64,000 bases of DNA. It comes from a virus. Below are positions 47,684-56,515 of the stretch, piece after piece (positions within the stretch are counted from its first letter, which is position 1; every line of letters begins with the position of its first letter). Under the pieces are notes generated by a model. The model saw only the letters and a program-made list of their open reading frames with translations. It had not been told where the DNA came from and did no database searches. The position numbers and the translations under genes are program-made. Location of the stretch: the IMG/VR virus record IMGVR_UViG_3300034524_000090, positions 1 to 64,000 of that record, one strand, 5' to 3'.

Positions 47684-47959
47684 GTGGATTGTTTAGAAAA
47701 AGCTTTGGGAGTTGTAAAAGAAATAGCTATGAAGAATGAAGAATTAGAGAGTTATAATAATGAATTAGAGCAACGTATTGATGAATTAAGACGTTTAAAA
47801 GATGATTATCAACATCTGCTTTGTTTTTTTAAATACCTTGTTAAAAAGAATGGTGGTGTAGTACAAATTCCTGAGTTAGCTTACTTAGATCCTGTTAGAG
47901 ACTTATATATGAGTTATAATCCTAGTAGTTCGTCTTATATATTTAGAGTAAATAATTGA
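47684..47959 (+). CDS. hypothetical coiled-coil protein
   Basis: AGGAGGT RBS; ORF track. Confidence 0.65.
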   Translation: MDCLEKALGVVKEIAMKNEELESYNNELEQRIDELRRLKDDYQHLLCFFKYLVKKNGGVVQIPELAYLDPVRDLYMSYNPSSSSYIFRVNN

Positions 47960-47975
47960 TTAGGGAGGTATTATT

Positions 47976-48422
47976 TTGAGATTTTATTCTGAGGATTTAA
48001 TTAATCTTATTGGTAATTTTGAATTGTATATGTTGGGTTTTTTAGTATCTCAAACACTACAACAAAAAAGCAATGAAATTACAATAACAACAGATCAATA
48101 TCTTAATATGGAAATTAGAGATATTGTGACCGACAAAATTTTAGGCTATGAAGATAACAGCCATGAAAGTCTAGAATTTATGCTAAACATAATGGTATCT
48201 CTGGAATCAATGGGCTTATTAACTTTTGCGGTAGATTATGATAAAACTATGCATGTTAAGTTAAATCCCCAGGTATTCCAATATTTTATTACTGTTCCTG
48301 ATGAAGTTTTACATGACATAATTTTAGGCGATCAAAAAATAACAGATGAGAGACAAGCATTAGGCGAAGACGAAGAAAATATAGTACAATCTTCCTGCAA
48401 GGTGATACCTTTTCCAAAATGA
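47976..48422 (+). CDS. hypothetical protein
   Basis: GGGAGGT RBS; ORF track. Confidence 0.65.
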   Translation: MRFYSEDLINLIGNFELYMLGFLVSQTLQQKSNEITITTDQYLNMEIRDIVTDKILGYEDNSHESLEFMLNIMVSLESMGLLTFAVDYDKTMHVKLNPQVFQYFITVPDEVLHDIILGDQKITDERQALGEDEENIVQSSCKVIPFPK

Positions 48423-48772
48423 GAAGTGGTTTGCAGGCTCATATTTTTTCCTTATTAAAAGAATTATTCCCTAATGCCCGTATACGTTGTGAACATTTAA
48501 TTAAATATAAAGGGCAAAATTTATATCTGGATTTTTTTATTCCTTTTTTGAATGTTGCTATTGAAGTTGACGGCAGACAACATGATGAGTACAACGATTT
48601 TTTTTATAATAGTTTTTTGCAGTATTATGAGGCGTATAGAAGAGATCGCCTAAAAGAAGAGTGGGCCGAAAAAAACAATGTAGCTTTGATAAGGATTAAG
48701 GAGCATGAGGTTTGCAAAGTAACCAAAGAACAATTATGGGAGAGGATAGTTGATGCCCGAAAAGAATACTGA
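48419..48772 (+). CDS. DUF559/Vsr-like PD-(D/E)xK endonuclease
   Basis: LYLDFFIP..NVAIEVDGRQH...RDRLKEEW...LIRI. Confidence 0.8.
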   Translation: MRSGLQAHIFSLLKELFPNARIRCEHLIKYKGQNLYLDFFIPFLNVAIEVDGRQHDEYNDFFYNSFLQYYEAYRRDRLKEEWAEKNNVALIRIKEHEVCKVTKEQLWERIVDARKEY

Positions 48773-49829
48773 GCTAGATGTTCTTTTAAAAGAGGTTAAT
48801 AGGATTTTAGAACAAGATGAACAATTCTTTTTGGCTTCTAAACAGCCAGAAGGAACTACAGTACGTGTTATCCCAACTGGCTCTTTTAGTTTGGATATTG
48901 CTCTAGGCATTGGCGGTTGGCCTGTTGGGTGTTTTAATGAGCTATATGGACAAGAATCAGTTGGCAAAAGTTTTTTGGCCCTTATGTCCATTAAAGAAGC
49001 GCAAAAACTTTTTCCTGATAAATTTGCCCTTTACATTGATGCCGAACAGTCTTTAAATCCTCAATTAGCCCAACAGCTAGGCGTAAATCTTGATCGGTTG
49101 CTTATCAGCCGTACTAACAGTGCCAGAAAAGCATTTGGGTCATTGACCAAATGGTTAGAAAGTGGCGCAGTTAGTTTTGTTGTAGTGGATTCAATAGCGT
49201 CTTTGATAACGGAGAATGAAGAAGATGAGCAAGAAAATGTGGAAAAAGCCCAGGTGGGTTCTTTAGCTAGAGTTATGAATCAGGTAGCTAGAAAATTAAC
49301 TGCTTTGGTGGCACGTTCTGGTGCTACTGTGTTGTTATTGAATCAAATCCGTGAAAAGATCAATATGGGTTACGGCAGTAGTGATGTTACAACTCCAGGC
49401 GGCCATGCTTTACTCCATTCGGTATCGACAAGGGTATTTTTAAACTTTGCTAGCAGTACAAATACTATCAATGATAAACCTGTTTTTGTGCCACGTCAGA
49501 GTAAGCCTTTTTATTATAATGCCCAAGGAAAGGTTATTGGGGCTAGGATACATGCCGTAGTTAAGAAGAATAAAAAAGGGCCTTCTTTGGGGCAAGCGTT
49601 TTATGATGCTTACTGGCAAAAAGGCATAGATCGTGCAGGTGAAATAATTGATTTAGGGGTTTTTTATGAACTGCTTGGCTTACACAATGGCTGGTATTCC
49701 TACAAAGGTCAAAAATTTGCTCATGGACGTGAAAATGCTATTAAAAAACTACAGGATGATCCAGAATTTGCCGCTGAATTAGAAAGCCAAATAAAAGAAA
49801 TTGCTGGCATTATCAATAAGGAGGATTAA
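48750..49829 (+). CDS. recA: RecA-like recombinase
   Basis: IPTGSFSLDIALGIGG.P, GQESVGKS, YIDAE, VVVDSIA, NQIREKI, TTPGG.AL, VKKNK. Confidence 0.95.
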   Translation: MMPEKNTELDVLLKEVNRILEQDEQFFLASKQPEGTTVRVIPTGSFSLDIALGIGGWPVGCFNELYGQESVGKSFLALMSIKEAQKLFPDKFALYIDAEQSLNPQLAQQLGVNLDRLLISRTNSARKAFGSLTKWLESGAVSFVVVDSIASLITENEEDEQENVEKAQVGSLARVMNQVARKLTALVARSGATVLLLNQIREKINMGYGSSDVTTPGGHALLHSVSTRVFLNFASSTNTINDKPVFVPRQSKPFYYNAQGKVIGARIHAVVKKNKKGPSLGQAFYDAYWQKGIDRAGEIIDLGVFYELLGLHNGWYSYKGQKFAHGRENAIKKLQDDPEFAAELESQIKEIAGIINKED

Positions 49830-49834
49830 TTGTT

Positions 49835-50284
49835 GTGTCGCTAAAGAAGACAATAGAGATATTACAGAATCTAGGTATCCATATTTTTTCTTTTGACGAA
49901 ACATTTAAAGATACTGTTACAATGTCTATTGATGATTTAGACGATCTTGATGTTGTTACTATGTCTAAGTATATTTACATTTTAGCTCAATATATTACTT
50001 ATCTATTCCAGCAACGTAATTTTATTAAAATTAAAGAGGAGCAACTACAGAAGAAATATGAGGCTGTGTTAGCTTCTCTTATTCCCAAACAGCAGGCTAA
50101 AACCTTAAAGGAAAAACGGATGTTGGCGGCTAATACCCAAGAAGCCCAAGAAATTGAAAAACAACTTAATGAAGTTATGGCATTAAGAAAAAGTCTAGAA
50201 AATATCCCTGAAGGCTATATTGAAATATTAAATGCCTTAAAAAGGTATCATGAGACGTTGTTGAAACTCGGAGGTAAAAATTAA
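49835..50284 (+). CDS. helical protein, possibly UvsY-like recombination mediator
   Basis: Size, helical content and position between recA and helicase only. Confidence 0.35.
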   Translation: MSLKKTIEILQNLGIHIFSFDETFKDTVTMSIDDLDDLDVVTMSKYIYILAQYITYLFQQRNFIKIKEEQLQKKYEAVLASLIPKQQAKTLKEKRMLAANTQEAQEIEKQLNEVMALRKSLENIPEGYIEILNALKRYHETLLKLGGKN

Positions 50285-50286
50285 GT

Positions 50287-51642
50287 ATGGCTAAAATTGC
50301 GCCAGAACAACTTAGTCAATTGTCAGATGTGGCGGCTGAAAGGTCTATTTTGTCTATATTATTACATCATCAAGATTTAATGTATGAAGTTTTTGCTAAG
50401 ATTACTCCTGATGATTTTTATAATATCGGCAATCGTATAATTGCCAGGATTATTAAGTTATATTTTCTAGAAAAATCTACGGTAAAAAAGTTTAATATAG
50501 AAGTTCTGTCAGATATTTTAATCCAGGAAAACCTTTTAAGTAAAATTGGGGGTCAAGAATATCTAGAGGCTTTAAGTATCTTAGATATTCCCCAAGAAAA
50601 TCTTGATTATTATATTAAACGTGTTAAGTTTTGTTCTATGCGGCGTAAACTTTTGCAGGCAATTAAGGATATAGAAGAGGATCTATTTGATATAGAGGAT
50701 GTCGAAAATATAAATGATTTTTTTGCGGCTCAAGAAAATAAAGTACGAGAAGTGTTGTTAGAAAATACTCTTACTGAAGATGTTTATAATTTAACTGATG
50801 CGGCTACTATTTTAGAACAAGAAACAAGACATATAGTTATTCCTACTCTCTTTCCTGCTCTTGATAAAGAGTTGGGTGGCGGTCTTGAAGATGGTAAATT
50901 GTATGTGATAGCGGCTCGTTCTAAGGGTTTTAAATCTACTACTCTCTTAAATTTTGCCGCCAATATAGGTGTTAAACAAAATATTCCTGTTTTATATCTT
51001 GATACAGAAATGGATTCTCGTTCGCAACAACGCCGTTTATTGGCAATGACAGCTAATATTCCTGAAAAACGTTTACGGCAAAAAAATCTTTTAACCAACG
51101 AAGACATACAACGTCTTAATGACACCTTGAATTATCTTCAAGGCAAAAAAATCTATCATAAACTGATACCTAATTTTTCTGTAGAGCAAATTATATCTTA
51201 TGCTCGGCGGTACTGTTTACAAGAAGGTATTAAACTGTTAATTTTTGATTATATTAAAATGCCTAACGGCAATACTAATTTACAGGAACGTCAATTATTA
51301 GGCGTTATTACTAGCACTTTAAAAGATCTTGCTTCTGAATTAAGAATACCAGTTTTGACAGCCTGCCAACTTAACAGACAGGCTGTAGGTAAAGATAGTT
51401 ACAATGAAACATATATTGCTGAAAGTGACCGTATCCTTTGGTTTACTGATTATCTTTTTTACCAAAGACGTAAAACTGAAGAAGAAATTGAAGAACATGG
51501 CCGTGAAAATGGTACTTTGGTTATAGAAGCTGGCCCTTGCAGGCATCAATGTAATTATATTGGCTGGTTTAATATAGAACCTTCATTGAGATTAACTGAA
51601 ATTAAAAATATTGATTTAAGTTTAGATGCCCTATTTGATTAA
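50287..51642 (+). CDS. dnaB: DnaB-like replicative helicase
   Basis: AERSIL N-domain, LYVIAARSKGFKST, YLDTEM, IFDYIK, ACQLNR, IAESDRI. Confidence 0.9.
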   Translation: MAKIAPEQLSQLSDVAAERSILSILLHHQDLMYEVFAKITPDDFYNIGNRIIARIIKLYFLEKSTVKKFNIEVLSDILIQENLLSKIGGQEYLEALSILDIPQENLDYYIKRVKFCSMRRKLLQAIKDIEEDLFDIEDVENINDFFAAQENKVREVLLENTLTEDVYNLTDAATILEQETRHIVIPTLFPALDKELGGGLEDGKLYVIAARSKGFKSTTLLNFAANIGVKQNIPVLYLDTEMDSRSQQRRLLAMTANIPEKRLRQKNLLTNEDIQRLNDTLNYLQGKKIYHKLIPNFSVEQIISYARRYCLQEGIKLLIFDYIKMPNGNTNLQERQLLGVITSTLKDLASELRIPVLTACQLNRQAVGKDSYNETYIAESDRILWFTDYLFYQRRKTEEEIEEHGRENGTLVIEAGPCRHQCNYIGWFNIEPSLRLTEIKNIDLSLDALFD

Positions 51643-51644
51643 GG

Positions 51645-52742
51645 ATGGGGATTATGGCTAATGTTCATTATTTAGAACTACTGGCCTATATTGAAGAATA
51701 TATTGATGTAGAAAAATTGCTTTATATGTTAGGGGCCAAACACGTTAAAGTCTATGGTAGTAATATTAGGTCTGAGTGCGTGATTCATGGCGGTGATAAT
51801 GTTTTAGCTTTTAGTTATGATTTAAATAAGAAGGTCTGGAGTTGTTTTTCTAATAATTGTGGTGAAGGTTATAGGCGTAATCTTTATGATTTAGTATATC
51901 TTTATTTGTTAAAACAAAATAGTGCTCCTCCTACTGAGAAAGAGGTTTTTACTCTATTATTACAAGCCACTGATGTAAAAATTGAATTAGATGAGATTGA
52001 GTTTGGCTTTAGTAAGCCCATACAAGATAAGTTTGATAATATTTTATTTGCCACTAGGGTTAAACAACGGTACAATAAAAAATCGACAAAAAATAATTTG
52101 TTGGCTCTTGACGAATCAATAATAAATTGCTACAATATAACTGTTCATCCTTATTTGATAAATCGTGGACTAACACCAGAAACTATCCAGTTTTTCGATT
52201 TAAGATATGCTCCTCAGGGCTTATCTGAAAAAAACACTAAAAATTTTCCAGGGCGAATTATTATCCCAATACGGTCTATAGATAATAAACTCTTGGGTTT
52301 ATCAGGTAGATTGGCTACTGATGATAAAAAAATAATTAAGCAGTACAGTAAATATAAGCATTTATATTCGTTTCCACGTAATTCTGTTTTGTATAATGCA
52401 AATCATGCATTACCCTACATTAAAAAAACGAAAGCAGTTATTTTGGTTGAAGGGTTTTTTGATGTTATAGGTTTATGGCAAAAAGATATTAAAAATGTAG
52501 TTGCGGCAATGGGTAATTCAATAACAATTCAACAGGTTCAAGATTTGTTACCATATTTAAATAAAGTCTATGTATGTTTTGATGGCGATAAAGGAGGGAG
52601 AGATGGGGTTAAAAAGGTTGCTAGGATTTTAGGTAGACTGTGTAGTATTTATAATGTTAGGTTGCCCGAAGGGAAAGATCCAGATGAACTTTCAAAGACT
52701 GAATTAGTACAGAGCATTTTACAAGCAAAGAAAATTATCTAA
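51645..52742 (+). CDS. dnaG: DNA primase
   Basis: C..H...C...C zinc finger, GRIIIPI, SGR, KY, LVEGFFDV, CFDGDKGG, GKDPDE TOPRIM motifs. Confidence 0.93.
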   Translation: MGIMANVHYLELLAYIEEYIDVEKLLYMLGAKHVKVYGSNIRSECVIHGGDNVLAFSYDLNKKVWSCFSNNCGEGYRRNLYDLVYLYLLKQNSAPPTEKEVFTLLLQATDVKIELDEIEFGFSKPIQDKFDNILFATRVKQRYNKKSTKNNLLALDESIINCYNITVHPYLINRGLTPETIQFFDLRYAPQGLSEKNTKNFPGRIIIPIRSIDNKLLGLSGRLATDDKKIIKQYSKYKHLYSFPRNSVLYNANHALPYIKKTKAVILVEGFFDVIGLWQKDIKNVVAAMGNSITIQQVQDLLPYLNKVYVCFDGDKGGRDGVKKVARILGRLCSIYNVRLPEGKDPDELSKTELVQSILQAKKII

Positions 52743-52755
52743 GGAGGAGTTTATT

Positions 52756-53262
52756 TTGGCTTTTAAATCTAAAAAAATGGCAAGTAAGAAAGGTTACAGT
52801 AAGTCTTTTTCTAGTTCTAAGGATAAAAACAGTTATAAAAAAGTACGTTTAACTGTTTCAGCACTTAACCAATGCGAATTTCAAGGCAATGTTACTGATG
52901 TAAAATATTCTAAGTCGCAAAATGGCCCTATGTTTTCTGGTCGTCTTTTGTTAGATCGTAATAAGTTTGTGTTTGTAAGGGCTTTTGAAGATGAAGCTAG
53001 AGAACTATATAAAGCTAAAGTGAAAGACGGAGATCCCTTGCATGTTATAGCCGAATATAGTCCATTCAGAACACAGGAAGGCAATTATCTTTATCAGTTT
53101 GTAATTCGTGAAATTTTGGATGTGGAAAACAAAAAAAAGGCGAAGAAAAACGTAGATGATTTTGATGATGAGGGTTATGAAGAAGATAGTGATGAAGAAA
53201 TAGAGGATGATGAAGAAGAATTTGAAGACGAAGAAGAGGAGGATGATGATCTATGGAGTTAA
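52756..53262 (+). CDS. putative single-stranded DNA-binding protein
   Basis: LNQCEFQGNV OB-fold start and long acidic C-terminal tail ending DDDLWS. Confidence 0.65.
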   Translation: MAFKSKKMASKKGYSKSFSSSKDKNSYKKVRLTVSALNQCEFQGNVTDVKYSKSQNGPMFSGRLLLDRNKFVFVRAFEDEARELYKAKVKDGDPLHVIAEYSPFRTQEGNYLYQFVIREILDVENKKKAKKNVDDFDDEGYEEDSDEEIEDDEEEFEDEEEEDDDLWS

Positions 53263-53510
53263 AAAACTATGCTTTAGTTTTGCATTTTGACAATCAACAG
53301 GAATACAATGTAATGTTTCAAGCACCAGCACTAGAAAATAATCAGATCGATAATATTCTTAATGCGGTTGTCAGAGGTAGCACTAATATTCAAGGTATTG
53401 TTGTTAATCCACAACGGATTTTGTTTGCTCGTATTATGGAAATTCCTAATAAAACCCAGGAGGCAAATGTAGTAGTTGAGGAAGGAAATAAAGAGGATAT
53501 AAAGGGTTGA
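53253..53510 (+). CDS. hypothetical protein
   Basis: GGAGG upstream; ORF track. Confidence 0.6.
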   Translation: MELKNYALVLHFDNQQEYNVMFQAPALENNQIDNILNAVVRGSTNIQGIVVNPQRILFARIMEIPNKTQEANVVVEEGNKEDIKG

Positions 53511-53514
53511 TGCT

Positions 53515-54876
53515 ATGTCTGTAGCCTTAGAGCAATTTGTTGTTACCAATGAATCTCCTTATAGCTTTAATGTTAGCCAAATTATTGATCCAGCAACATT
53601 TAATCCAGATAAATGGCTTCCTATTTCTTTAAATTTATTAGGTGCTGATTTTAATTTATCTGTTGTTAATGCTTATAGGGCTGTTGAAACACCTTTAATA
53701 AAAGTTATGACTAAATTGGGTTATTCTGTACTTTTGTCACCAGAACAATCTATAGGTAGTTTAATTTCTACGCCTGCTTTTGTTTGGCGTAAAGCAAAAG
53801 AGTTAATGTGCGGACAATGGCTAATAGTTCAGTTAGGGGGTGGGTCAGGTATAGAAAATACCTGGCCCACAAAAAGAAACACGGTATTAGATATTGATCC
53901 TCCTGATGAAGAATGTAAAATACTCTGGCAGGATTATCCTACAATTTTAACTGTCGAACTTGCTGAATGGCTAGGTTATTTTATGGCTGATGGCTTTATA
54001 ATACGCCAGGAAGATAGCGATCTAGTAGGATTTATTATAGATCTTGCTGATGATGGGCGTATTGAGACACATCTTTTAGGATTAACATATAAGCTTTTTA
54101 AGTTAGGTTCTCCTATTGAAGCAAAAGATGAGCTTATTGGACATGGCATCTATCATGGTCAACGTAGAGCTATTTATTGGCCTACTGCGGGTTTAGGTAA
54201 ATGGTTAGTATTACTGTTAGGTGAAAATCTAAGTCAAATTCCAGTTTGTATTCTTAGGGGTGGTATTGATTATATTCGTGCTTTTTTAAGAGGATTATTT
54301 ACTGCTAAATGTGAACCTGCCTTGGTAAAAGGCATAAGGATTTTTAGTAAGGATTTAAAATTCCTGCAACATATTCAGTCTGTTTTAGCGAGTTTAGGTA
54401 TTATTGCTAGTATCCATACTGGCGTTACCAGACAGGTTCCAACTAATCGAGAATATATTTATTATTTATCAGTAGTCTCAATTAAAAGCAAAAATATTTT
54501 TGCTGATACTATAGGTTTTTTCGATTCTCGCCAGCAGGATAGATTAAAAGAATTACAAAAAAATGGATGGAATAATGATTTTATTGATGTGATTCCATAT
54601 GAAGTTATTGAGACTACTGAACGCACAGTCGATAATAGCATTATTGTTCGTGCTAACGCTAGATCCAAGGTATCAAGCATTTTAGATAAGCACAAAATCA
54701 ATATTATCAATAAATATGCTATTCTGGAGGTGTTAAAACGCAATCAATTTTATGATCAAATAATCTATATAGAGCATTTAAAGTCTAATAATCTTGGATT
54801 AGAGTTTAATTTAGAGCATGGCGATAATATTTTAGTAAATAATTTTATTATACAAATGCCAAATTCAGAAATCTAA
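53515..54876 (+). CDS. free-standing degenerate intein-like protein (Hint + LAGLIDADG) without exteins
   Basis: Block A-like MSVALEQFVVT, block B region IKVMTKLGYSVLLSPEQ, WRKAKELMCG, block C WLGYFMADG, block E AFLRGLFTAK, LASLGI, blocks F/G FYDQIIYIE...NILVNNFIIQ. Confidence 0.8.
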   Translation: MSVALEQFVVTNESPYSFNVSQIIDPATFNPDKWLPISLNLLGADFNLSVVNAYRAVETPLIKVMTKLGYSVLLSPEQSIGSLISTPAFVWRKAKELMCGQWLIVQLGGGSGIENTWPTKRNTVLDIDPPDEECKILWQDYPTILTVELAEWLGYFMADGFIIRQEDSDLVGFIIDLADDGRIETHLLGLTYKLFKLGSPIEAKDELIGHGIYHGQRRAIYWPTAGLGKWLVLLLGENLSQIPVCILRGGIDYIRAFLRGLFTAKCEPALVKGIRIFSKDLKFLQHIQSVLASLGIIASIHTGVTRQVPTNREYIYYLSVVSIKSKNIFADTIGFFDSRQQDRLKELQKNGWNNDFIDVIPYEVIETTERTVDNSIIVRANARSKVSSILDKHKINIINKYAILEVLKRNQFYDQIIYIEHLKSNNLGLEFNLEHGDNILVNNFIIQMPNSEI

Positions 54877-54886
54877 AGGAGAGGCA

Positions 54887-55348
54887 ATGCAAAAACTAGG
54901 TAGGATATTTTGGGCCAGTATAGTTTTTATATGTATTATAGTTATTTATCCCAAGCCTATTGAGGTAGAAGTTTTAGCATCAAAATTTCATTATACTTCT
55001 AGTGTTTCTCGTGCAGGAGATAAAATTAACAACCATAATAAAACAATCGAAGTTATTGCAACAGCTTATACTCAGTCAAAAAAAGAAGGCACTTTTGATG
55101 GTATAACATATACGGGACATAAAGTTAGGCGTGGTGTGGTAGCTGTAGATCCTAAAGTTATTCCTTTAGGATCTAAGCTTTGGATTGAGGGGTATGGCTA
55201 TGGCGAAGCCCTGGATACTGGTGGAGCCATAAAAGGTTATCGAATTGATCTTTTTATGGAGTCTAAAAAAGAGGCCCTTCAGTGGGGCCGTAAAAAAGTT
55301 AAAGCAATTATTTTAGAAACTGGAGGAATGTCTAATGGAAGTATTTGA
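54887..55348 (+). CDS. 3D-domain (MltA-like) cell-wall protein with N-terminal membrane anchor
   Basis: ATAY, VAVDPKVIPLGSKLWIEGYG, ALDTGGAIKGYRIDLFM, WGRK. Confidence 0.92.
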   Translation: MQKLGRIFWASIVFICIIVIYPKPIEVEVLASKFHYTSSVSRAGDKINNHNKTIEVIATAYTQSKKEGTFDGITYTGHKVRRGVVAVDPKVIPLGSKLWIEGYGYGEALDTGGAIKGYRIDLFMESKKEALQWGRKKVKAIILETGGMSNGSI

Positions 55349-56441
55349 ACACTGGTATTCATTAAAAAATTATCTTACCACACAAGCTGAAAAAAAAGAA
55401 CCTAAATTGGATGGTTATTTTTTAGGATGTCAACCTTCTGCTCCTGATAAGCGTACTTACCAATTTAGCGTTTTAGCTCAATCTGTTTTACAAGTTCCAA
55501 CAGAATTGCCTGAGAGCTTTACTTCTGAAAATAATTTGCCTGATTGTTTTGAGCAGGGTAGGCGAGGAAGCTGTACTGCAAGCGCTCTTGTCTGGACAGT
55601 AAAGGCTTACCAAGAAGTTTCACAAGCTGATTGGCCCAGTAAAGGCTTATCAGTAGCTTATCTTTATGCTGAAGAGAAGAAAATCGATGGTATGCCTGAT
55701 CAGGAAGGTTCTACTATTTTTGCAGGTTTGAAAGTTTTACAGAAAAAGGGTGTTTGTCTAGAAACTACTCTCTCCTATTCTTCTCTTTTAAATTTGCCAG
55801 CCCCAAAAGTTCCTGCTACTAATGAGGTTATGGATCGGGAGGCTGTAAAATATAAAATCGGAAATTATGCCCAGATATGTGCTTCTAATGATAAAGAACG
55901 CAATGAAAATACAATAAAATTAATTAAACAAGGTATTTATGCTAATGGTGCTGTTGTTGTTGCTGTTGTAGTTGCCGAGAATTTTAACAACTATGACAAA
56001 AACTATATTATACCTTTACCTGAAGGTTATTTATTGGGTTTACATGCGGTTGGCCTTGTAGGATGGGATGATAAAAAACAGGCGTTTAGACTGCGTAATA
56101 GTTGGGGTAAATGGGGAGATAAAGGTTATGCTTGGTTACCTTATGACTTTGTTACTAAGGGTATGGATATTGACGGATATGGTCATATAATGTGGTATCT
56201 TCTAGAAGCTTGGACAGCATTAGATGAAATTGTTATCGATGATGCCAAAGAAATTAAACTTATTCCATATAATACTCGTGCCGTAGTTGATGGAGTTGAA
56301 TATTATGTTGATCAACCACCTATTATTGATCCTACTACGAATAGAACACTTGTACCGATACGGTTTGTCAGTAACCATATGGGCCGTATTGTAAGCTGGA
56401 ATGAAGCTACTAACGAGATTATAATTAAAAAACTTAATTAA
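55335..56441 (+). CDS. papain-like (C1A) cysteine peptidase with C-terminal copper-amine-oxidase-N-like domain
   Basis: QGRRGSCT, LHAVGLVGW, RNSWG catalytic motifs; NRTLVPIRFVS..MG..VSWN. Confidence 0.88.
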   Translation: MEVFEHWYSLKNYLTTQAEKKEPKLDGYFLGCQPSAPDKRTYQFSVLAQSVLQVPTELPESFTSENNLPDCFEQGRRGSCTASALVWTVKAYQEVSQADWPSKGLSVAYLYAEEKKIDGMPDQEGSTIFAGLKVLQKKGVCLETTLSYSSLLNLPAPKVPATNEVMDREAVKYKIGNYAQICASNDKERNENTIKLIKQGIYANGAVVVAVVVAENFNNYDKNYIIPLPEGYLLGLHAVGLVGWDDKKQAFRLRNSWGKWGDKGYAWLPYDFVTKGMDIDGYGHIMWYLLEAWTALDEIVIDDAKEIKLIPYNTRAVVDGVEYYVDQPPIIDPTTNRTLVPIRFVSNHMGRIVSWNEATNEIIIKKLN

Positions 56442-56465
56442 GATTAAGTTATAGGTATTACTGGT

Positions 56466-56494
56466 GGCGGGTAGGTAATACCTACCCGCCTTTT
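56466..56494 (+). terminator. intrinsic terminator upstream of the RNR gene, with a competing alternative stem
   Basis: GGCGGGTAGG-TAATA-CCTACCCGCC-TTTT. Confidence 0.75.
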
Positions 56495-56515
56495 AAATAT
56501 AAAGGAGGAGGCTTT

